Shown: positions 55,635 to 64,000 of the stretch, piece by piece
How positions within the stretch are numbered: the stretch's first letter is position 1
Layout: each line of letters starts with the position of its first letter
NCBI GenBank assembly: GCA_951406725.2
Contig: OX597817.1
Location: 85,002,001 to 85,066,000, forward strand
Source of the DNA: Octopus vulgaris
Taxonomy: Eukaryota
DNA length: 64,000 nucleotides
Direction: 5' to 3'
Translations under genes and position numbers: made by a program
The notes under the pieces: model-generated
Told to the model about the DNA's origin: nothing
The model's database searches: none
Seen by the model: the letters and a program-made list of their open reading frames with translations, nothing else

Positions 55635-57427
55635 CACCAGTAACAGGACAAAGATCATCCTGAGAGACTTTGCATCAATCAACAACATAGCATTACAGAC
55701 AACTAATCATACATCTTATATACACATACATACAGTATATACTACAACAGGAAAAAATACATATATTATACATACATACACACCTCTCTACATATAAACC
55801 TCACACTAAACATATTAGGCAACTTATATCTACATATCGCCCTCCAGATGCCCCAAGCCATGTGGGCAAGTTCGAAGACTGCCTTATAAAAATAGAAGAA
55901 ATTCTAACCACATTAGAACAACACATAGGTGTGCTTCTTATACTTCAATCTGCCCAATGTCAGATGACTTTTCTTCAAGATGTGAAAGACACGAGGACAA
56001 TATATATATACAACAACAGGTATATACATACCAAATATAACACACAATCTCTCATATTCAAATGACATGGATCTCATCCATAATGTTGACAACACTACTC
56101 TCGGATACAACATGGTATCTACATAAAAGAATCATATATACAAAATATTAAATCTATTTAAACTACCATAAGGCAAACTGGAAACAAATTGAAAATCTCA
56201 AACAAAACTGGCCTGAATGTCTCTCTATATATACATCAATCTCAACATATGCTACAAATGTGCAAAGGCCATACACAAGAACAAAAAGAGAGAAAAATTT
56301 TAAATTCAAATTCAAATCTAAACAACAGATTGAAAGCAGAAAAAGCATACAGAAAAATAAAACTGTTGGAAATCGAAAAATGTCTGCAACTCTCCCATGA
56401 AAAAGAAAGAGCAGACAAAGAAGCCTGGGCTATAGAAAACATAAAATCTAACCCCAGAGCTTTCTACAGGTATGCCAAAGAAACAGCTACAGTGCACTGT
56501 AGAATAGGGCCACTCCTCGAAAAGGATGGCACACTTACAGGAAAACCAATGAGGGTAAGTGAAATACTGAATGAGCAATTCAAGAGTGTTTTCACTCCAC
56601 CCCTTGGGCATCTCCAAATCACCAATCCAACTGACTTTTTTACCACTGCAGATATAAAATCAGAGGCGGCGACGATAGATTACATCGATATAAATGAAGA
56701 CGATGTAACCAAGGCTATAGATGAAATGAAAACAGACTCAGCTACTGGCCCCGATGGATTCCCGGCAATCCTCCTAAAAGCATGTAAGAGAGTCCTAGCA
56801 AGACCACTGCAGTTCCTCTTTCAGAGCTTCCTTGCAGCTGGCAAACTTCCAGGAAAACTGAAGGAAGGTAAAATATGCCCCATTCATAAAGGAGGTAGCA
56901 GAGCGGAAGCCAAGAACTATAGACCTATCTCTCTGACCTCACACATCAGCAAGGTCATGGAACGAATAGTCAGAAGGAAGCTGATCACCTTCCTTGAAGA
57001 GAATGACTTGCTGCCCGACACCCAACATGGTTTCCGACCAGGGAGAAGCTGTTTAACTCAGCTCCTACAACACTATGACTGGGTGCTGAAACGGCTGCTC
57101 AACCACTCAAATGTGGAAGTGATATATCTCGACTTTGCAAAGGCCTTTGATAAAGTCGATCATGGAATGATATGTCACAAACTGCGTGATCTCAACATAG
57201 TTGGAAAACTGGGAGAATGGCTTCATGACTTTCTGAAGGATAGAAGTCAGGTGGTAGTAGCCAATGGGGCCACCTCCATTAACACACAAATAGTGAGCGG
57301 TGTTCCGCAGGGCACTGTTCTGGGACCACTACTGTTCATAATGGCCCTCTCAGACATGCCCTCAGCCACGAGAGCCACGATCACAAGTTATGCAGATGAT
57401 ACAAAAGTTTCACAGGCAATACAGAAC
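55635..57427 (+). mobile_element. CR1-group LINE ORF2 fragment, subfamily 1, ending at the gap
   Basis: 56345-57427 aligns closely to about 59150-60226 ([35 protein letters not shown]); 55635-56345 is a deletion-riddled version of 58170-59150. Confidence 0.9.
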
Positions 57428-57527
57428 NNNNNNNNNNNNNNNNNNNNNNNNNNNNNNNNNNNNNNNNNNNNNNNNNNNNNNNNNNNNNNNNNNNNNNNNN
57501 NNNNNNNNNNNNNNNNNNNNNNNNNNN
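57428..57527. other. Assembly gap (100 N)
   Basis: Run of exactly 100 N. Confidence 1.
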
Positions 57528-58153
57528 ATGAGGAGGGTCACCCCCACCTGGTGGACGCCCAGGAAGAAAACTCCAACGATAGGCCTGCCCGGGAGGTGAA
57601 CCCAGGTACGGATGCTCCTACCGGCTCCAAAAGCCGTGGACATGGAGATGAAGAGGCCAAAAAAAGAGGAAAAACTGAAGCTAAAACTCAGACAAAGCCA
57701 AGGGACAAGGCAGCCAGGGACAGAGGCAAACCTAACGGTCCATATGCCAAAAAGGATGGAAACAAGCAGCGCACACGGGTATGTAGGTTCTACCTGAAAG
57801 GTGCCTGCCGGCATGGAGAGGAAGGTGCAGGCTGCCGCTTTGCACATCCGGGACCCTGCCACAGAAACCAACCACCGAAAGGAAATGGGATGGACCAGGC
57901 ATCACCTGCCCCAAAACGGAGGTACGCAGATGTGGTGCGTACCACAAACCACCAACGTGTTGTTGAAAGGGCAGCTGCTGAGCAGGAATCTTTTTTGTGC
58001 ATGGCACAAAAGATTGTACAGCAGCTAACCTGGCTCCATCAGGCTCAGGCTCGCAGATGGAACTGCCCACAGTTCACAAGACCGCCACAGCAGATGGACC
58101 CAGGGTGGACAACGCCGGCAACAGCATACACCTCACCTCGATGCTCCTACTGA
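57528..58153 (+). CDS. LINE ORF1, C-terminal part, with a CCCH-type zinc-finger motif
   Basis: Open frame from the gap to TGA at 58151-58153; basic low-complexity region, then CRFYLKGACRHGEEGAGCRFAH; overlaps the ORF2 ATG at 58141. Confidence 0.75.
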
Positions 58154-61096
58154 ACATCAGAGGTTTACTAACACACAGTAACAGGACAAAAGTCCCGTTC
58201 CTGAGAGACTTTGTCGCATGCAATCAAGCCTTATGCATAGCACTCACAGAAACGCATCTGAAACCGGACATAGCAGATGCGGAATTACACATACCACAGT
58301 ATGTTGTACTACGGACCGACAGGAAAGAAAGGAGTCATGGAGGAGTTGCTATGTACATCCGTGGGGACCTCACACCCCAGGTCCTTTTGTCATACTCAAA
58401 CTCGGTGTGTGACACACTAATTGTACACATAAGGCAACTTGATGTAGTTGTGTGTGCTACATATCGCCCTCCAGATGCCCCAAGTCATATGGGCAAGTTC
58501 GAGGACTGCCTTTTAAAAATAGAAGAAGTTCTAACCACATTAGAACAACACATAAGTGTACTTCTCATGGGAGACTTCAATCTACCGAATGTCAGATGGC
58601 CCGAGGGCCTTTCTCTCCCAGGAATGACAAGATGTGAACGGGACAGGCGAGGTCCCTCCTGAACCTCACCAACACCCTGTACATGGAGCAAGTAATACTG
58701 CAACCAACCAGAGCAGGTAACACACTGGATCTCTGCTTCACAAATAATATGGATCTCATCCATAATGTGAAAGTGACACCGACACTACTCTCGGATCACA
58801 ACATGGTAGAGCTGACCATGTACGGGCCAAAAGAGAGCACGGACATGCAGCCTACAAGAAACCCTCAGAATCTTTCCAGCTTGAACTCAATAAGGCAAAC
58901 TGGAAACAAATTGAGAAAGAGATCCTCAAACAAAACTGGCCTGAATGTCTCTCCTCGCCAGACATCGACATGATACTTCAACAATTCATGTCTGTAATGC
59001 AAGCCATATGCTACAAATGTGTCCCAGAGAGAAAGGCCACTGTACACAAGAACAAAATCCCCAGAGAGAGGAAAATTTTAATGAGACGGCGTACAAAAAT
59101 TTCAAATCGCCTAAACAAACAAATTGAAAGCAGTGAAAAGTCCCGCCTGAAAATAAAACTGTTGGAAATTGAAAATTGTCTGCAACTCTCCCATGAGAAG
59201 GAAAGAGCAGACAAAGAAGCCTGGGCTATAGACAACATAAAAACTAACCCCAGAGCTTTCTACAGGTATGCCAAAGAAACAGCTACGGTGCACTGTAGGA
59301 TAGGGCCACTCCTTGAAAAGGATGGCACACTCACAGGAAAACCAATGAGGGTAAGTGAAATACTGAATGAACAATTCAAGAGTGTTTTCACTCCACCCCT
59401 TGGGCATTTCCAAATCAGCAATCCAACTGACTTCTTTACCACTGCAGATATAGAATCAGAGGCGGCGACGATAAATTACATCGATATAAAGGAAGACGAT
59501 GTAATAAAGGCTATAGATGAAATGAAAATAGACTCAGCTATTGGCCCCGATGGATTCCCGGCAATCCTCCTAAAAGTATGTAAGAGAGTCTTAGCAAGAC
59601 CACTGCAGTTCCTCTTTCAGAGCTTCCTTGCAGCTGGCAAACTTCCAAGAAAACTGAAGGAAGGTAAAATATGCCCTATTCATAAAGGAGGTAGCAGAGC
59701 GGAGGCCAAGAACTACAGACCTATCTCTCTGACCTCACACATCAGCAAGGTCATGGAACGAATAGTCAGAAGGAAACTAATCACCTTCCTTGAAGAAAAT
59801 GACTTGCTGCCTGACACCCAACATGGTTTCCGACCAGGAAGAAGCTGCTTAACTCAGCTCCTGCAGCACTATGACTGGGTGCTGAAACAACTGCTCAACC
59901 ACTCAAATGTGGAAGTCATATATCTCGACTTCGCAAAGGCCTTCGATAAAGTCGATCATGGAATGATATGTCACAAACTGCGTGATCTTGGCATAGTTGG
60001 AAAACTGGGAGAATGGCTTCACGACTTTCTGAAGAATAGAAGTCAGGTGGTAGTAGCCAATGGGGCCACTTCCATTAGCACGCAAATAGTGAGCGGTGTT
60101 CCACAGGGCACTGTTTTGGGACCACTACTGTTCATAATGGCCCTCTCAGACATGCCCTCAGCCACGCGGAGATCCACGATCATAAGTTATGCAGATGATA
60201 CAAAAGTTTCACAGGCAATACAGAACCCTGAAGACACTAGGCACCTGCAATATGAGCTGGACGAAATATACAAGTGGGCTGAAAAGAATAGCATGCAGTT
60301 CAATGCTGAAAAGTTTCAAGCTTTATACTATCAGCATGCAAAACTGAATGCAATACCCAAGGAATACACTGGACCCGGAGGGATTGCAATCCCAGAGGCA
60401 CAATCAGTGCGTGACCTGGGTATTCACATGAGTGATGACGCGACCTTTCATGTACATGTTGCTAAACTGACAATGAAATGCAGACGGCTGGCTGGATGGA
60501 TTCTTAGAACCTTTAGAACAAGAGAACAAGAAACCATGATGGTCCTCTGGAAGACACTTGTCCTAAGCCACTTTGACTATTGCTCTCAGCTATGGTCACC
60601 ATCCAGTGTCAAGTTGATCACAGAACTTGAGGTGATCCAACGAAGCTACACGAAGATAGCCTCTATGCAAAATGTAAGCTACTGGGAAAGACTCAAGAGA
60701 TTAAAATTATATTCCCTGGAGCGTAGGCGGGAAAGATATGCCATAATATACATCTGGAAGATCCTGGAGGGAAGTGTCCTGAACTTTGGCATCGAGAGTT
60801 ACGCAAATGCCAGAACTGGGCGCCACTGCGTGGTGCCTAGGACTCCAAACTTGCCATCAAGATATAGGACAAGATTCTGTGATAGCCTGGGCTTCCGAGG
60901 CCCATAGCTCTTCAATATCCTCCCGAAGAACCTGAGAGACCTGCATGGGGTGGATACAGATGTCTTTAAAATGGAGCTGGATCTCTTCCTGTCAGGTGTC
61001 CCAGATGAACCAACTTCACGGCAGGTGGGGAAGATGAGGGCAGCTGCATCGAACTCTCTCATGCACCAAATAGCAGTTGCTAGAAAGCCTCCATGA
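58141..61096 (+). pseudogene. LINE ORF2 (APE endonuclease plus reverse transcriptase), disrupted
   Basis: MLLLNIRGL, LTETHL, GGVAMYI, YRPP, MGDFNLP, TLDL, SDH, then RT with YADD. 1-nt frameshifts near 58642 and 58888, in-frame TAG at 60905-60907, natural stop at 61094-61096. Confidence 0.92.
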
Positions 61097-61184
61097 AGTG
61101 AAACCAAGTAGCAACACCAAATGGCGGTGCCCCAGCATGGCCACAGGTCATAAGCTGAAACTAGAATCAATCAATCAATCAATC

Positions 61185-61249
61185 ATACATATATATATAT
61201 ATACATATACATATATATATATATACATATACATATATATATATACATA

Positions 61250-61281
<32 letters not shown>

Positions 61282-61389
61282 ATATACATACATATATATA
61301 TATACATACATATATATATAGATACATATACATATATATATAGATACATATACATATATATATATATATACATACATATATATATATAC

Positions 61390-61420
<31 letters not shown>

Positions 61421-61474
61421 CATATATATATATACATACATATATATATATACATACATATATATATATACATA

Positions 61475-61515
<41 letters not shown>

Positions 61516-61525
61516 ATATACATAC

Positions 61526-61559
<34 letters not shown>

Positions 61560-61621
61560 GATTGATTGATTGACTCTATATACATACAGATATATATATA
61601 TATATATATATATATACGTAC

Positions 61622-61652
<31 letters not shown>

Positions 61653-61727
61653 CATATATACATATATATACATACATACATATATATATATATACACATA
61701 TATACATATATATACATACATATATAT
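61185..61727. repeat. (TA)n/(TACA)n microsatellite between two convergent LINE tails
   Basis: Direct reading of the sequence. Confidence 0.95.
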
Positions 61728-63251
61728 ATCTCTTTTATCTCTTTTACTTGTTTCAGCCATCCGGCTGAGGCCATGCTGGGGCACCGCCCTTGTTGCTACC
61801 CTCTCTAAGTCCAGTTTGCCGTGGCTGGCCACTGATCTAAGAGAGAGTTTGTAGCTGCTGCCCTTAGGTTACCTTCGTACCTTGCAGTGGGTTCATCTGG
61901 GATCCCGGAAAGCAGCTTGTCTAGATGTTTTTTGAAAATGTCCACATCCGCATCATGTAGATCTCTTAGTTTTCTTGGCAGTTTGTTGAAAAGCTGAGGG
62001 CCCCTGAACCCCAAGCTATTACAGTATCTGCTCCTTACCCTGGATGTGGAAGACGGGACCTTTGGCACCACACAGTGACGTCCTGTACGGGGATTGGAAC
62101 AGCTCTCAATTCCAAAATTTGGTGCTAGTCCCTCCAGGATTTTCCATATGTATATCACTGCATATCTCTCTCGTTTTCGTTCCAAGGAGTACAAATTGAG
62201 TTCCCTAAGCCTCTCCCAATAGTTCTCTTCTTTCATGGTGGAAATCCTCTTGGTGAAATGTCTTTGGATTGTCTCAAGCTCTGTGGTTAGTTTGACACTA
62301 TGCGGTGACCACAGTTGGGAGCAGTAGTCCAGGCGGCTTAGGACAAATGTCCTCCATAGTGTCAACATGGTCTCGCAGTCTCTTGTCCGGAATGTCCTCA
62401 GGATCCAGCCAGTGAGTCGTCTGCACATTGTCGCCACCTTCGCGATGTGTGAAGAAAAAGATGCATTGTCACTCATGTCTATCCCCAGGTCCCGTATTGA
62501 TTTCGATACTGGGATTTCGATCCCTCCTGGACCAGTATAGTTGTGTTGTAATGTATATGTGTTTACAGCTTGATATTGTAAGGCTTGAAATTTACCAGCA
62601 TTAAATTGCATGTTGTTGTCTTCAGCCCATTTGTATATGGCATCCAGATCTTGTTGTAAAAGGTCAGCATCAGCTGGGTTTTTGATTGCCTGTGCTACCT
62701 TTGTGTCATCAGCATAGCTAGTGAGGGATGTTGTTTGTGCTACCAAGGGCATGTCAGAGAGCGCCACGAAAAACAGCAAGGGTCCCAAGACTGTGCCCTG
62801 TGGCACCCCGCTTGCTATTGGTGTCTTTCCCGAGAGGGCTCCATTGGCTGCAACTATCTGGCTTCTGTCCTCCAGGAAGTCATGTATCCACTCACCTACT
62901 TTTCCTGTTATGCCGAGTCTGAGTAATTTGTGACATATCACTCCGTGGTCGACTTTATCAAAGGCCTTCGCAAAGTCGAGATATACCACATCCACCTGTG
63001 AGCGATCCAGTAGTTGTTTCAGTACCCAGTCGTAGTGTTGTAACAGCTGCGTAAGGCAGCTTCTTCCTGGGCGAAAGCCATGCTGTGTGTCAGTGAGACG
63101 GTTAGTTTCTTCGAGGAACGTGATCAGTTTTTTTCTGATGATTCGTTCCATGACCTTACTTATGTGTGACGTCAGGGAGACTGGCCTGTAGTTTTTGGCC
63201 TCTGCTCTACGCCCTCCTTTGTGGATAGGGCATATGGTGCCTTCTTTTAGC
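61728..63251 (-). mobile_element. 5'-truncated CR1-group LINE, subfamily 2, with an uninterrupted RT frame
   Basis: About 480 codons from [11 protein letters not shown] to the stop at 61805 with no interruption; tail GGCGGTGCCCCAGCATGGCCTCAGCCGGATGGCTGAAACAAGTAAAAGAGATAAAAGAGAT; both ends lie in microsatellite. Confidence 0.95.
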
Positions 63252-63284
<33 letters not shown>

Positions 63285-63305
63285 CATATATATATATATA
63301 TATAC

Positions 63306-63345
<40 letters not shown>

Positions 63346-63844
63346 ATATACATACATATATATATATACATATATATACATACATATATATATATATACA
63401 TATATATATATACATATATATACAAACATATATATATATATACATATATATACATACATATATATATATATACATATATATACATACATATATATATATA
63501 CATATATATATATATACATATATATACATATATACATATATATACATACATATATATATATATATACATACATATATATATATATACATATATATACATA
63601 TATATATATATATACATATATATACATACATATATATATATATACATATATATACATACATATATATATATATACATATATATACATACATATATATATA
63701 TATACATATATATACATACATATATATATATATACATATATATACATATATATATATACATATATATATACATATATATATATACATATATATACATACA
63801 TATATATACATATATATACTATATATATATATACATATATATAC

Positions 63845-63935
<91 letters not shown>

Positions 63936-63936
63936 A

Positions 63937-64000
<64 letters not shown>
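63252..64000. repeat. (TA)n/(TACA)n microsatellite running off the window
   Basis: Direct reading of the sequence. Confidence 0.97.

Larger units (their letters stand above)
57528..61184 (+). mobile_element. Near full-length CR1-group LINE, subfamily 1 (5' end lost in the gap)
   Basis: ORF1 end, APE endonuclease, RT, short 3' UTR with GGCGGTGCCCCAGCATGGCC, and an (AATC)5 tail at 61165-61184. Confidence 0.95.

Noticed and set aside
56189-58153. 654-aa ORF apparently fusing RT to a zinc-finger domain
   Set aside because: Artefact of translating through the 100-N gap; it joins ORF2 of one LINE copy to ORF1 of another.
61805-63811. 668-aa RT ORF with a repetitive N-terminal extension
   Set aside because: The N-terminus is microsatellite fused in frame to a 5'-truncated LINE; no promoter or expression evidence.

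Overview
AT-rich eukaryotic, repeat-dominated window with no supportable host protein-coding gene, rRNA, tRNA gene or CRISPR array. The SINE families and very long (TA)n/(TACA)n tracts look like those of coleoid cephalopods (Octopus); this is recognition from memory, not a search result. 1-43 kb is old intronic or intergenic DNA carrying tRNA-derived SINEs, MITEs, decayed Tc1/mariner transposons, R4/Dong-like and other LINE relics, and Penelope-type termini with hammerhead-ribozyme motifs. 43.7-64 kb is a microsatellite cluster containing a complete non-autonomous Helitron with a PIF1 helicase fragment, a second inverted Helitron 5' end, and four young CR1-group LINE copies around a 100-N gap. 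The long Y/I/M/V/C-rich ORFs are microsatellite artefacts. I found no clearly new biological system. The best leads are: a SINE sharing its 3' tail with two LINE subfamilies while the same head also occurs with a different tail; an intact-looking minimal hammerhead ribozyme; a fold-back mariner built from two 5' ends; a ~4 kb segment bracketed by ~230 bp inverted arms; a CCCH-finger LINE ORF1; and LINE/Helitron association with (TA)n DNA.
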